Positions 37,009 through 47,956 are shown, numbered from the stretch's first letter. The stretch: 64,000 nt of DNA from Candidatus Levyibacteriota bacterium (GCA_016199085.1 JACQHJ010000001.1:3334-67333), one strand, 5' to 3'. Numbers and translations are program-made. The notes: generated by a model from the letters alone, not told the origin.

Positions 37009-37936
37009 ATCTTAGGACAAACCAGCGGATTTTATCCAAAACCTTATAAGCAAAATAGAGGTTTTTGTTGATAACCAAATCAAAACTTCCAATATATTCA
37101 ACATGCCTTGGCCCGTACCCTTGTTTAAATCTATGAAATCCATAGTAGATATTGTCGGGTTTGGGATCAACTACGTTTGCTGCTCCCCACATATCAAAAG
37201 TTTTAAGACCTAGTTTTTTGCCAAACTTTATTGCTTCCCACATAACAAGATTTGATGCCATAACCTCTCTGTATTTATCGCTTGATGCTCCGTATGGGTA
37301 GTAAAGAGTATCTCCTAATACAAATAAGACCCAGGTAGCTAAAGTTTGGTTTTTATAGACGGCTTTTAATAAATGAATGGAAAATTCTTTGTGGTTTTTG
37401 TTTTTGAAAGTTTCCCAAAGAGTCTTGTGATACTTTTCATTGTGAGCAAAGAATTTTTGTCTTTGAGTAGTTTCCCGGGTTAACTTCAAATACTGTTCAA
37501 AGCCTTTATCACTATTGTCTTCAATTACTTCCACTCCTTTTTTTTGGGCAAGTCTAATGTTATACCTGGTTTTTTGACTCATGTTTTTCAAAAGCTCTTC
37601 TTCAGACTTTGTTAAATCAAGTACAAAATTATATTTTGTAAAAATAGGATGAGCCGAAGGGTAGAAATTTTTAAAGTTATATTTTCTTTCCCCTACTTTT
37701 TCAACATTTGGTTCAATTTGAATAAAAATACAATTGTTGTTTTTCCCAATTTTGTAAAGGTCATCTAACATTTTTTGGGTAATATCGCCTCCCTTTGGAA
37801 AATAGCCGATTTTATAGTTTGTATAGGGAATTGAATGAATAGTTAATTGAAGATCGTTTTCTCTTACAACTTCTACTCCTGTTTTTTCTCTAAATTCTCC
37901 CCAAAAAGGGTGTTGCAACGGATGAATGTTTGTCAT
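37001..37936 (-). CDS. FemAB-family peptidoglycan peptide-bridge transferase
   Basis: FemAB (PF02388)-like sequence along the full length. 311 aa. Confidence 0.65.
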   Translation of the reverse strand: MTNIHPLQHPFWGEFREKTGVEVVRENDLQLTIHSIPYTNYKIGYFPKGGDITQKMLDDLYKIGKNNNCIFIQIEPNVEKVGERKYNFKNFYPSAHPIFTKYNFVLDLTKSEEELLKNMSQKTRYNIRLAQKKGVEVIEDNSDKGFEQYLKLTRETTQRQKFFAHNEKYHKTLWETFKNKNHKEFSIHLLKAVYKNQTLATWVLFVLGDTLYYPYGASSDKYREVMASNLVMWEAIKFGKKLGLKTFDMWGAANVVDPKPDNIYYGFHRFKQGYGPRHVEYIGSFDLVINKNLYFAYKVLDKIRWFVLRFK

Positions 37937-39789
37937 AGGTATTCGGGTACGTCTTCTTGCATTCTATTTAAGCTTTTCTCCAAAGTTCCTTCAGGAAGTT
38001 CTAAGATAAATCTTGAAACAATATTCATAGTTTTTTGTCCAAAGAAAAGACGTTTTCTTGAATACGTTAAGAATAGGTTTTCTTTCGCCCTTGTCATTCC
38101 AACATAACAAAGTCTTCTTTCTTCTTCAAGTTCGTGTTTATCCATAAGACTTCGGCTGTGGGGGAATAATCCTTCTTCCATGCCGACCATAAATACAACG
38201 GGAAATTCAAGACCCTTGGCCGCATGTAAAGTCATAAGGTTAACCGCATCTTTTTTACCCATTTCATCTTTTATATGGTCGGGCATATATTCTTGCTCAA
38301 CCAAAGAAACGTTTTCCAAAAAGTTTTGTAAAAGTGGAAAGGCAATGGCAACGGATCTAAGTTCTTTAATGTTTTCCAGTCTCTCGACGTCTTCTTCGTC
38401 TTTTTCATCATATAGGGAAAGATAATCCGTTTGTTTAAGAGCATTATCCATTAATTCAATTGTCTGTTTTTGACTTAAATCTTCTTCGGAAACATTTGTG
38501 CTAAATTCCAGAAACTTTTCAAATCTTCCCTTACCCAGTTTTTCAATTCTTTTTAGGGAAATTTTGTCTTTTGGATTAGCTAAAATCCTAAGATAGGATA
38601 AAACATCTTTTATTTCTTTTCTTTCATAAAATCTCGTTCCACCTATTAAAATATAAGGAATGCTTTGGTGAATAAATACTTCTTCAATAGATCTTGACTG
38701 AGCATTTGTTCTATAAAGGACGGCAAAGTCATAGTATCTAAGATGCGGATTTTGACTTTTTATTGCCTCAATTTCAGAAACTATAAATTCAGCCTCTTTT
38801 TGTTCATTGATTGCCTCAAATACGGAGACGTCTCTTCCTTCTTCATTTTCAGTCCAAAGTTTCAATACCGGGTGAGTGTTGTTTTTGGAAATAACAGCAG
38901 ATGCCGCATCTAAGATTTTTTGGGTTGACCTATAATTTTGGGACAGAGAAAAAGTTTTGGTATTTTTAAAATCTTCTTTAAATTTAGAAAGATTTAAAAA
39001 ATCAGCTCCTCTAAAACTATAAATGCTTTGGGAAAAATCTCCTACGACACAAACATTATTCCACTTTTTGGCTAGTAGTTTTGTTAAAAGGTATTGTGCG
39101 TGGTTTGTATCCTGATATTCGTCAATTAAAATATATTTAAATTTATTTTGGTATTTTTCCAAAACCAATGGGAAGGTTTTAAAAAGCTCAACTGTTTTTA
39201 AAATCAAATCGTCAAAATCCAAAGCTCCATTTTCTTTTAAAAGCTTTTGATAAATAACGTAAGCTCTCGCAACTATTTCTTGGAAGTGGCCCCTTGCGTA
39301 TGTAGGATAATTCTTCTCATCAATTAATTCATTCTTGGCCGAAGATATTGTTCCTAAAACCGAAGCGGGTTTATACTCTTTTGCGGAAATACCAAGCAGG
39401 GTAAAAGCTTCTTTGATTGCGTCTTTTTGATCCTGCGTGTCGTAAATGACGAAATTTTTGGGAACTCCTATAAAATGTCCGTCAATTCTTAATATCTTTG
39501 CACAAAGAGCATGGAATGTTGAAATCGTAGGAAGATCATGCATGCTTTTATTATTTTTCTGAAAATATTTCTGAATTCTTTCTTTCATTTCACCAGCTGC
39601 TTTATTCGTGAAAGTAGAAAGGAGAATATTTGTAGGATCAATGCCTTCTTCGATTAGGTTTATAACCCTATAGGTTAAAACTCTGGTTTTTCCGCTTCCT
39701 GCTCCTGCAAGTATGATCATGGGGCCGTCTTTTTGGATTACGGCTTCAATTTGTTCCCTGTTGAGGTCCTTGAGAAAGTCTTTGTTCAT
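37933..39789 (-). CDS. uvrD: ATP-dependent DNA helicase UvrD/PcrA
   Basis: Motif I AGAGSGKTRVLTYRV, and downstream helicase motifs (TFH, DEYQDTN, VGDxxQSIY, a GLEFPVVF-like box). The start is assigned at MNKDFLKDLNREQ (39789) to avoid the tpiA overlap. Confidence 0.9.
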   Translation of the reverse strand: MNKDFLKDLNREQIEAVIQKDGPMIILAGAGSGKTRVLTYRVINLIEEGIDPTNILLSTFTNKAAGEMKERIQKYFQKNNKSMHDLPTISTFHALCAKILRIDGHFIGVPKNFVIYDTQDQKDAIKEAFTLLGISAKEYKPASVLGTISSAKNELIDEKNYPTYARGHFQEIVARAYVIYQKLLKENGALDFDDLILKTVELFKTFPLVLEKYQNKFKYILIDEYQDTNHAQYLLTKLLAKKWNNVCVVGDFSQSIYSFRGADFLNLSKFKEDFKNTKTFSLSQNYRSTQKILDAASAVISKNNTHPVLKLWTENEEGRDVSVFEAINEQKEAEFIVSEIEAIKSQNPHLRYYDFAVLYRTNAQSRSIEEVFIHQSIPYILIGGTRFYERKEIKDVLSYLRILANPKDKISLKRIEKLGKGRFEKFLEFSTNVSEEDLSQKQTIELMDNALKQTDYLSLYDEKDEEDVERLENIKELRSVAIAFPLLQNFLENVSLVEQEYMPDHIKDEMGKKDAVNLMTLHAAKGLEFPVVFMVGMEEGLFPHSRSLMDKHELEEERRLCYVGMTRAKENLFLTYSRKRLFFGQKTMNIVSRFILELPEGTLEKSLNRMQEDVPEYL

Positions 39790-39807
39790 ACCGTATAATG
39801 ATACCAC

Positions 39808-40467
39808 ATGGATTCGCTTTTTATAGTCGCTAACCTTAAATCCAACAAGACTTATGCTGAGGCTAAGTTGTGGCTGGACACCTTTGACAGAATTGATAAA
39901 AATCTTTTGGAACAAAAAAAAGTTATCATTTGTCCCTCCTTTGTTTTACTTCAGACGTTTAAGACGTTTATTAGTCAAAATAACCTTAGAGTAAGTCTTG
40001 GAGCACAAACCGTTTCAAGCGTTGACGAAGGAGCTCATACGGGAGAGGTAAACGCAAAACAGATTAAAGATTTTGCAGACTATGTAATCATCGGCCATTC
40101 CGAGGAAAGAAAGCTTTTAAATGAATCAGACCCTCTGTTGCAGGAAAAAGTCAATCTAAGCCTTAAATACGGACTTACTCCTATCTATTGCGTGCAAAAT
40201 CAAGATACGTTTATTCCCCAAGGTGTAACAATAGTTGCCTATGAGCCGATATTTGCCATCGGATCTGGTACTCCCGATACCCCGTATAATGCAGGGAATG
40301 TAGCAAAAGCGATAAAAACAAAAGGAATACCTACGGTTTTATATGGGGGAAGCATAACTTTTACAAATGTTAAGGAATTTACTAAGGAATCTAGCTTAAG
40401 CGGAGTTTTAGTGGGAGGTGCAAGTCTTGAGGCACAAGAGTTTATCAAAATCATTAAAAATGCCTAA
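39808..40467 (+). CDS. tpiA: triosephosphate isomerase
   Basis: GHSEERK, AYEPIFAIGSG and YGGSIT motifs. Confidence 0.9.
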   Translation: MDSLFIVANLKSNKTYAEAKLWLDTFDRIDKNLLEQKKVIICPSFVLLQTFKTFISQNNLRVSLGAQTVSSVDEGAHTGEVNAKQIKDFADYVIIGHSEERKLLNESDPLLQEKVNLSLKYGLTPIYCVQNQDTFIPQGVTIVAYEPIFAIGSGTPDTPYNAGNVAKAIKTKGIPTVLYGGSITFTNVKEFTKESSLSGVLVGGASLEAQEFIKIIKNA

Positions 40468-41578
40468 AAATAAAGCCATTATCGCAATCGGGGTTTTTGT
40501 GGCCATTTTGGTCCTTATCGTTATTGCAAAAACTGCAAGTTTTTATCCTTTTTTGTTTCAGCTAATTTTTGACAAGGAAGTAAAACTAAAACAAGCAGAG
40601 CCGAGCAAAATAAACGTCCTCATTTTAGGAATTGGAGGAGGATCGCATGATGGCCCAAATTTAACTGATACGATAATTTTGGCAAATATTGACGGGGCCA
40701 AAAATAAAGTAACACTTACTTCAATCCCAAGGGATTTATGGATACCTGTTTTAGAAGGTGGCAATAAAAAAATTAATGAAGCTTATGCAAAAGGAGAAGT
40801 AAAAAGAAAGGGAGGAGGAATAGCACTTTCCGAAGCTGTAGTTGAAAATGTCACGGGACAACCAGTTGACTATGCCGTTAGAATTGATTTTAACGGGTTT
40901 GTAAGAGCGGTTGACATTATCGGAGGATTGGATATTATTGTTGATAAAACTCTGGATGATTACAGATATCCGATTAGCGGTAAAGAAGACGACACGTGTG
41001 GTTTCTCAGAAGAAGATATTCAGGCTTTTGTAGCAACTGAAAGCGCGGAACAAAAACTGGCAGAAAAATTCTCCTGCCGCTATAAACATTTACATTTTGA
41101 CGCCGGCCCTCAACATTTAGATGGAGAAATGGCACTTGAATTTGTTAGATCAAGACATGGAGTAAACGGTGAGGGAAGCGACTTTGCCAGAAGCAAAAGA
41201 CAGCAAAAAGTAATAACCGCTTTCAAAGATAAAATATTTTCCGCACAAACTCTCATTAATCCTGCCAAAATCTTAAGTCTATATGACATCTTAAAAGATA
41301 GTATTGATACAAATATAAAACAGGAAGAATTTGATGATTTCATAAGACTTGCTCAAAAAATGAAAGATGCTCAAATAACCAGTCTCGTTATCGATACGGG
41401 AGATGAGGTTAACGATAGACCGGGTCTTTTGGACGAGGCCCCATATAAAGAGGAATATAATTTCTTATCAGTTTTGATACCCAGGGTTGGAAACGGAGAC
41501 TTTTCAGAAATTCATCAGTATATTGACTGCCGGCTAAGCGGAGGAGAATGTCCTCTGACAACAAACTCTAAAAATTAA
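40460..41578 (+). CDS. LytR-CpsA-Psr (LCP) family cell-envelope phosphotransferase
   Basis: TM anchor followed by INVLILGIGGGSHDGPNLTDTIILANID. The start overlaps the tpiA stop. Confidence 0.85.
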   Translation: MPKNKAIIAIGVFVAILVLIVIAKTASFYPFLFQLIFDKEVKLKQAEPSKINVLILGIGGGSHDGPNLTDTIILANIDGAKNKVTLTSIPRDLWIPVLEGGNKKINEAYAKGEVKRKGGGIALSEAVVENVTGQPVDYAVRIDFNGFVRAVDIIGGLDIIVDKTLDDYRYPISGKEDDTCGFSEEDIQAFVATESAEQKLAEKFSCRYKHLHFDAGPQHLDGEMALEFVRSRHGVNGEGSDFARSKRQQKVITAFKDKIFSAQTLINPAKILSLYDILKDSIDTNIKQEEFDDFIRLAQKMKDAQITSLVIDTGDEVNDRPGLLDEAPYKEEYNFLSVLIPRVGNGDFSEIHQYIDCRLSGGECPLTTNSKN

Positions 41579-43667
41579 TTTTATATAATTTAGCCTCACC
41601 TTTTTGATAAATAATTTCTCCTAAGCTTTTAATATTTTCCTCATTTAGCTCAGGATACTTTTCTTTTTCAAGTAAAGAGACAACAATATATGAAGCATTG
41701 TATTTTTTGATAATTTCCTTTGCCGTCTCAACATTTTTGGTTGTATAAAAAGTTTTAACATCATCCACTCTTGGTCCGACAACGTCGTAAGTTCCTCTCC
41801 AAAGCCATTCATGGACTGGCCAGCCCATGATTGTTGGAAGGCCAGTATTAGCAGAAATTCTGGCATAATCCGTATAAGAATCTCCTACTGCTTCAATTAC
41901 CACAGGCTGACCCTTAATATTAATATTTAACCAGTTTATTAAATCAAAATCCTCAGGATGAGTGGTACTTAGATATTTTGTTCCATCAAGCCCTTTATAG
42001 ATTTTCAAATTATCGTAATATGAATTGATCGCAAAAATCGGGTAGGAAAAAACCAAGTACAAAAGAATAAGTGTTGGGATAAAAAACAGTACCAATGTTT
42101 TTTTATTTCTTAAATGCATTAATATTTTTACGATTATGTACCCGCATGACAGCGAAAGCATAATAAAGGCTTCATAAGTTAACTTAAACATCGTGTTTGC
42201 TCTGTAATGGGCTGGATAAATATCTTTTACGTAGATTATTTCAGGAATAAGGATAAGAAGAGTGGAGAGTATTATTAGAAATGCTACAAAAATATCGCTT
42301 TTTGTAGTTTTATAATTTCTCTTAAATTTTAAAAACAGAATAAAAGAGATGACGAAAAAATAGAAGAATCCATAAAGAATAATAAGTTGCCAGATGGGAG
42401 ATGTCTGACAGTGATTTGATTCGAAAAGTAATGGGCCAAGTTTTCCCATTTTGGTTAGAATTTCCGGTGCACAGATAACTCCAATGCCCGAGACGAACGG
42501 CTTGAAGTTAACGCTGAAAGGAAGAGAGAAAGCAAAAAAACCTACTCCTAAAATAAAGACAGATGAAAAAAAGTTTGAAAAAGAAACCTTTTTATGAAAG
42601 CTGATAAGTAAAATTATCAAAAACGTAAGCAAACCGTAAATTATTCCATCCCATGCATTTGTCATGTACATTACAGCAAGTAAGAATGACAAAATCCCAA
42701 TATAAAGCTTCTTGACGTTTTCCTCTAAAAGCATTGCAAATATTAAGCCTATTGACAAAAGCACAATCGGAATATCTAAAACATGACCATGCAGGTCAGA
42801 GACTACGAAGGAATATAATGGAAATTCATGAATTGTAAATTGAATAAATCTTGTTGCGTTTGGATACCAATATCCGTTTGGAAAACTAAGCGGCAAAAAA
42901 GGAAGATTCCAGAAAACAATAGGATGGTCCTGCGGTATGTAAGCTTTAAAGAAAGCATAGATTGTTGTTAGGTTTCCTGAAAGAGCGACTAGGCTTGCTG
43001 AAAGAATTGAAGCAACAGCTGATTTTAAGGAAAATCTTTTATTGTCGAATAAATTTAGAACCAGAGAGAAAACCTGGGTAAAAGTTAAGGCAAATAAAAG
43101 ACCAAGCATTAGATTGTAACCAATGTTTGAAGCAATACCGGAAAGTTTTAAAAGTACGGCTGTTATTAAGTGTCCGAAATAATAATAATTTATCGAAAAG
43201 TTTGTATACCACATATCCTTTGGCGGAAAATAGTCGCTTCTTAGGATTGAATTTACAAAACCAAAGTCCATGAATTTCTCAAGGCCGTTGATGTTGGGCA
43301 TATTCCCTCTTATAAAAGACCAAAATATTAAAGCAAGCAAAAACAAAGCTTCCTCAATAATTATTAGCCTTAAGCTTTCCTTTAGTATTTTCCTAAAATC
43401 TATTTTTCTTAAAAGATACAAATTTAAAAAGAGGAATAAAAACAAAACGAAGATGATTTCAGAAAACGAGAATTTAAATATCTTAAGAAAAGAAAGAATG
43501 AAAACACTATACGAGATAAGAGCTATGCCGATTGTTTTTCCAAAAATATAACCTTTGTCTTTAAAGTTTTTAAAAAGAATTGAAGTTATTGGAAAAAACA
43601 ATGCGCCAATGATTAAGAAAACAAACCAAAATCTTAAAATAGAGAATAAATCAATTAAATCTAGCAT
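41568..43667 (-). CDS. DUF2298 / Chlor_Arch_YYY-type polytopic membrane protein (GT-C-like) with C-terminal soluble domain
   Basis: About 15 TM helices. The YYY motif reads SINYYYFGHL. A C-terminal domain of about 200 aa. Confidence 0.7.
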   Translation of the reverse strand: MLDLIDLFSILRFWFVFLIIGALFFPITSILFKNFKDKGYIFGKTIGIALISYSVFILSFLKIFKFSFSEIIFVLFLFLFLNLYLLRKIDFRKILKESLRLIIIEEALFLLALIFWSFIRGNMPNINGLEKFMDFGFVNSILRSDYFPPKDMWYTNFSINYYYFGHLITAVLLKLSGIASNIGYNLMLGLLFALTFTQVFSLVLNLFDNKRFSLKSAVASILSASLVALSGNLTTIYAFFKAYIPQDHPIVFWNLPFLPLSFPNGYWYPNATRFIQFTIHEFPLYSFVVSDLHGHVLDIPIVLLSIGLIFAMLLEENVKKLYIGILSFLLAVMYMTNAWDGIIYGLLTFLIILLISFHKKVSFSNFFSSVFILGVGFFAFSLPFSVNFKPFVSGIGVICAPEILTKMGKLGPLLFESNHCQTSPIWQLIILYGFFYFFVISFILFLKFKRNYKTTKSDIFVAFLIILSTLLILIPEIIYVKDIYPAHYRANTMFKLTYEAFIMLSLSCGYIIVKILMHLRNKKTLVLFFIPTLILLYLVFSYPIFAINSYYDNLKIYKGLDGTKYLSTTHPEDFDLINWLNINIKGQPVVIEAVGDSYTDYARISANTGLPTIMGWPVHEWLWRGTYDVVGPRVDDVKTFYTTKNVETAKEIIKKYNASYIVVSLLEKEKYPELNEENIKSLGEIIYQKGEAKLYKINF

Positions 43668-45292
43668 TTTGAATTAATATTGTAGATTATAAATCCATCT
43701 TTAGTATTTTCAAATACTTTTTTAAAGTTTTTATCAAAAAAACTTTTATTAACGACTGCATCTTCGTTATTTAAGTTAATATCGACATAATTTAGATGAA
43801 AATTTAAAGACTGTTTGCAGAAGTACTCCAAGTCACTGGTATTTAATAACTTTTTTCTGATATCATCCCTTTTTTGCGTGTTATACCCCTGGCTCCAGGC
43901 AAAATATGGCCAGCCTAAGAATATTTTCCTTCCAGCAAGGGATGCGTAGTTATAGAGATACTGGTTGTTTAAAAACACAGCGTTTTTACTCGTATTTTCC
44001 ATTATCCATGAAATATTTTTGTTCTTGGGATAATCAGAAAGAGTAATCTTTGAATCATTTAAGATTGGGAAAAAGTCTATTATTCCAGAGAGCGTTAAAA
44101 AGAAAAACAAGACTACGACTAAAGGTTTAAAGATATTTCTTTTTTTCCAAAGAATATATAAGGCAAAAGCCGAAAACATACCCCCGACAATTATGGAAAA
44201 ATTAAAAAACTTATGATTGGCTGCAATCTCCGGAGAAAACTGAATTAAATTTGCAACTATGAAAAGACTAACAAAAGAGATAAGAATCTTTTTGTTAAGT
44301 TTATTTGTAAGAAAAAATCCTAAAGGTATTAAAAAGATATTAAATCCAAGGTTGTAAAACCAATAATTTACAAAGCTAACCAGATTTAGATTTTCAACCA
44401 GGTAGCCTGGATTAATTGCAATTGCAGATTCTGATGGCACTTGGGAAAGGAATAAATACTGTGGAAGGGCAATGATACCCCCGATTAAAAGTACTAAGAA
44501 AATATATATGCGTTTTTCTTTTAAAAATATTAACATACAAGCTAAAACAAGAGCAGTCATTAAAAACACAGCAATATTTAAAAGGAAAGACAATCCAAAA
44601 ACGATTGCTATTAAAAAAGTTTTCTCAAAATTTTTGTGTTTTGTATGCTCATTAAACTTAAGTATTAAATAGATAATAAGAAGTGACAAGGCATAAGAGA
44701 GGGCAACGTGCCTTTGGTTTGTATAGATATTTAGGTTCCAAAAAGCTGACACAATGCTATTGTCATAAGGGCCAAACGAAGCAAATTTAGTGCTAGTTAA
44801 AACTGCATAAATTGAATCTAAAGACAATCCATTTTTGGCAAAATAATTAACAAAACTAAGTGTTGAGTTAAACAGGAAAAGAATAACGCTAAGTACTCCA
44901 ACAGCTTTTGATTTGAATATTTCTTTTGCAAAAAAATAGATCATTAATATTAGAAGGGTAAAACCAAAAATAGATGGAATATTTAGAGCAAGGTCAATTC
45001 TAAGTCCGATTTTTTCCAAAAAACCCACTAAAAGATAAAAAAGAAAATGATATTTTATTGCTGGACCGGAAAACAGGGGGTATTGCGGTGGAAGATTATC
45101 CCCAATTGAAAAGGATCTAATTAAAGGAATGTGACTTGAGAAGTCGCTCCAGGCTTTTGATCCAATCATCATTGAGCTACCACTATAAGAAAAGCTTGAA
45201 AACATAAGCCACGAGGAGAAAATTAAGGCACCTATTAAAATTACAATTTCTACAAAGTGCAATTTTAGGATATTTTGCAATCTAAGTTTCAT
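43661..45292 (-). CDS. polytopic membrane glycosyltransferase-like protein (GT-C)
   Basis: About 12 TM helices and a C-terminal soluble domain. Overlaps the neighbouring genes. Confidence 0.55.
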   Translation of the reverse strand: MKLRLQNILKLHFVEIVILIGALIFSSWLMFSSFSYSGSSMMIGSKAWSDFSSHIPLIRSFSIGDNLPPQYPLFSGPAIKYHFLFYLLVGFLEKIGLRIDLALNIPSIFGFTLLILMIYFFAKEIFKSKAVGVLSVILFLFNSTLSFVNYFAKNGLSLDSIYAVLTSTKFASFGPYDNSIVSAFWNLNIYTNQRHVALSYALSLLIIYLILKFNEHTKHKNFEKTFLIAIVFGLSFLLNIAVFLMTALVLACMLIFLKEKRIYIFLVLLIGGIIALPQYLFLSQVPSESAIAINPGYLVENLNLVSFVNYWFYNLGFNIFLIPLGFFLTNKLNKKILISFVSLFIVANLIQFSPEIAANHKFFNFSIIVGGMFSAFALYILWKKRNIFKPLVVVLFFFLTLSGIIDFFPILNDSKITLSDYPKNKNISWIMENTSKNAVFLNNQYLYNYASLAGRKIFLGWPYFAWSQGYNTQKRDDIRKKLLNTSDLEYFCKQSLNFHLNYVDINLNNEDAVVNKSFFDKNFKKVFENTKDGFIIYNINSKC

Positions 45293-46568
45293 TATCAACA
45301 AGTTTGGCAACTTTTTGGCCAAGTTCTACGGCATAATTTGTACCCCTGTCCCAGGGATATACCTGTTCAATATTTGCCAAAAAGACATTTTCAAAAGGAG
45401 TTTTAAAAGAGGGAAGGATTTTTGAGTAATTAACGGGAATTATAGGCTGAGCAAAAGGAGCTTTAAAAAGCTGGTAGTCTATTATATTTTTGGCATAGTC
45501 GGGATTAATTCTTTTTAGGTATGGGTCAAATATTTTTAACAGCTCCTCCTTTGTAATCTTAAAGTACAAATCATCACTGGCTTTATAGTTTCCTAAATAT
45601 AAAAGATGTTCGTTATCGTAATATTTTTTATCGATGAGATTAGTATGTTCAACAATTGCCATTACAGGTGCTTTTTTATCGCAGACATTTAGCCAATAAG
45701 TGCCTTCCCTAAAGAAAGGCTTCTTAAGTCTTAAGAATAAGTTTGTTGCGCCTAGTCCTTTTAGTTTCCCCAAACTCTCTTTGTATTTAGCAGGAAGAGT
45801 AGGAGCGATTTTAAGAAAAAGGAAAGATGGAGTAGTTACAATTATTTTGTCAAAGTTTTCATTTTCTATTTCTCCGTTTTGATATTGAATTTTTAAGTTT
45901 GTTTGGTTTTTCCCATCTAGCTCTAAAATTTCTGTTTGGAAAAAAACCTTACCCTTTTTTGCCTCAACTTCTCTAACAAGCGCCTTGGCAAATTCTAGAA
46001 ATCCTTTAGCCGGATAAGCAAGTGAAGGAGTTCTTTTTTGAATTCTTGCCCAAAACCAAGCAAGAGAAACGTTTCTGGAAAACTTACCGAATTTATTGAC
46101 AAAAAGTGGTTCCCAGATCATTTGATAGGATTTTTTTCCCATTAATTTTGGCAAGACAGTTGCGGCGTTGTATTTTTCCAGTACTTTCCAAAACGGTTCA
46201 TATCTTAAAAATCCTACAATAATACCCATTCTTAGTCTGTCCACTAAGGAAAGAAGGGGAAACTTCAAAACTGTAATCGGAGAATCAAACTGGTAAATAT
46301 TGTTTTCTACAAATACGGAAGTCTTAGGTCTTTTAATTATTACTCGGTAGTTAATTTCTTTGGCAAGACCTAGGATATATTTATCATTGGTAAACCAGTG
46401 GTGGTAGTGTTTTTCTAAAGACCAATCCCAATTTTTCTCTTTATATCCGATTGCAAGTCCTCCGGGACTCGGATCTCTTTCAAATATTTTAACATCGTGT
46501 CCTTTTTTAACTAATTCAAACCCTGCAGCAAGGCCTGCAAAGCCTGCGCCGATAATTGCTATTTTCAT
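45282..46568 (-). CDS. FAD-dependent oxidoreductase (amine-oxidase/protoporphyrinogen-oxidase-like Rossmann)
   Basis: N-terminal MKIAIIGAGFAGLAAGFEL...VKIFERDPSPGG dinucleotide-binding motif. Confidence 0.7.
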   Translation of the reverse strand: MKIAIIGAGFAGLAAGFELVKKGHDVKIFERDPSPGGLAIGYKEKNWDWSLEKHYHHWFTNDKYILGLAKEINYRVIIKRPKTSVFVENNIYQFDSPITVLKFPLLSLVDRLRMGIIVGFLRYEPFWKVLEKYNAATVLPKLMGKKSYQMIWEPLFVNKFGKFSRNVSLAWFWARIQKRTPSLAYPAKGFLEFAKALVREVEAKKGKVFFQTEILELDGKNQTNLKIQYQNGEIENENFDKIIVTTPSFLFLKIAPTLPAKYKESLGKLKGLGATNLFLRLKKPFFREGTYWLNVCDKKAPVMAIVEHTNLIDKKYYDNEHLLYLGNYKASDDLYFKITKEELLKIFDPYLKRINPDYAKNIIDYQLFKAPFAQPIIPVNYSKILPSFKTPFENVFLANIEQVYPWDRGTNYAVELGQKVAKLVDNET

Positions 46569-47956
46569 AGTGAAATGGTTCCCCTAGAGACAAGAAGCAG
46601 TAAACCACCTATCAAGGCTATTAATAGGCCAATGGCTCCAGCGGTAATTATAGTAGCATTACCCGTTGGTGGTAAAGGGGTAGTTGGAGTCGGGCTTGAG
46701 ATGGCAACAGATGGCGTTATCGTTAAAGTTGAAGTAAGAGTCGGACTTTGTATTAAAGAGGAGGTAGGACTTAAAGAGACGGTTTGAGACGTGGTTGGCG
46801 TAAGCGTTGGAGATTTTGTCGGAGTCGGCGAGCCAGATTCTGTGCTAATTTGAGATCCGGATGCGTTAACCATAAAGGCTTGGGTAATTGTCTTTACCGC
46901 TCCGGTTGAATCTTTGGCAACTATAGTTATTGTATGATCACCGGGAGGAAGTTCTTGGTCTGGTCTGTATTTCCAATTTCCGTTTGCATCAGCCTTAACG
47001 TCTGCTGTTATTTGAGTTTCGGAATTGATAATAATCTGCACGGTTTCATTAGCTGGTGCTGTCCCTTTAAACTCAGGTTGATTGTCTACAAAAGCCTGGT
47101 CCTTTTGAGGAGTTAAAATTTGAGGATTTCTTTTTGTTTCAGGAGCAACTAGGCTGCTACTAAAAGAAGGGAAGCTTTCGGTAGTTAAAGCCGTAGTAGC
47201 TGGCGTTGTATTGATTGTAAAATCATAATCATTTGAAAGTGTAATAAAAGGTACAGGATCGCTTTGTTCGGATAACAAAACTGCATTTGACCTAAGTCCG
47301 TCTCCAAAGGCCAAAAGTTTTAGGATTTGTCCTTTTTCGAGTTTAAAATATGTGGCAAGGTTAGAAGTTCTCAGGGAATTTAAAGGAAGAAGATATGTCC
47401 CATCATTTTTGGAAAGAGTAGAGATTACTTGTGAATTATCTGTCGTAAGATAAATAATTGCTTCGCCTGGGCTAACTCCGGTTGGAAGCATTAGTTTTCC
47501 ACTCATTGGATTTTGTTGCTCTGGTTGGTTTTCAATTGCGCTTCCAGTTGTTGCTTCAAAGGGATTTGCATTATTTAAATAGGTATCGTTACTACTAATT
47601 ATTGAAAAATAATATTTTGCGTCAGGTTTTAGGTTTCTAACTGTAATGTTATGAATATTGTAGCTATTGATGCTTCCTGAATTTTGGTCTCTATCATCAA
47701 GGGCAGATTGCCCAAGGGATTGGCTTTCCCCAAAGCTTAACGCTCCCGTTACTTTGTCTTCTGTATAATAAGAAACGGTAAAAGATTCTTGGGTAATATT
47801 ACTTATTCTTACTTCTTGAGGATCATGCGAGGGGCCAGCTCTAATTGAGAATATTCCACCCTCTCTTACTAAAAAAGTCGTAACGCCGATTCCAATAGCA
47901 ATAAGAAGTATACCTAGTAGATTAGGTATTTTTTTATTCCAAATACTTTCCCTCAT
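46565..47956 (-). CDS. sortase-anchored surface protein (LPPTG) with Ig/Fn3-like domains and S/T/P-rich stalk
   Basis: N-terminal signal anchor. The C-terminus reads ...SPTPTTPLPPTGNATIITAGAIGLLIALIGGLLLLVSRG, which is LPXTG plus a hydrophobic segment plus a basic residue. Confidence 0.75.
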   Translation of the reverse strand: MRESIWNKKIPNLLGILLIAIGIGVTTFLVREGGIFSIRAGPSHDPQEVRISNITQESFTVSYYTEDKVTGALSFGESQSLGQSALDDRDQNSGSINSYNIHNITVRNLKPDAKYYFSIISSNDTYLNNANPFEATTGSAIENQPEQQNPMSGKLMLPTGVSPGEAIIYLTTDNSQVISTLSKNDGTYLLPLNSLRTSNLATYFKLEKGQILKLLAFGDGLRSNAVLLSEQSDPVPFITLSNDYDFTINTTPATTALTTESFPSFSSSLVAPETKRNPQILTPQKDQAFVDNQPEFKGTAPANETVQIIINSETQITADVKADANGNWKYRPDQELPPGDHTITIVAKDSTGAVKTITQAFMVNASGSQISTESGSPTPTKSPTLTPTTSQTVSLSPTSSLIQSPTLTSTLTITPSVAISSPTPTTPLPPTGNATIITAGAIGLLIALIGGLLLLVSRGTISL

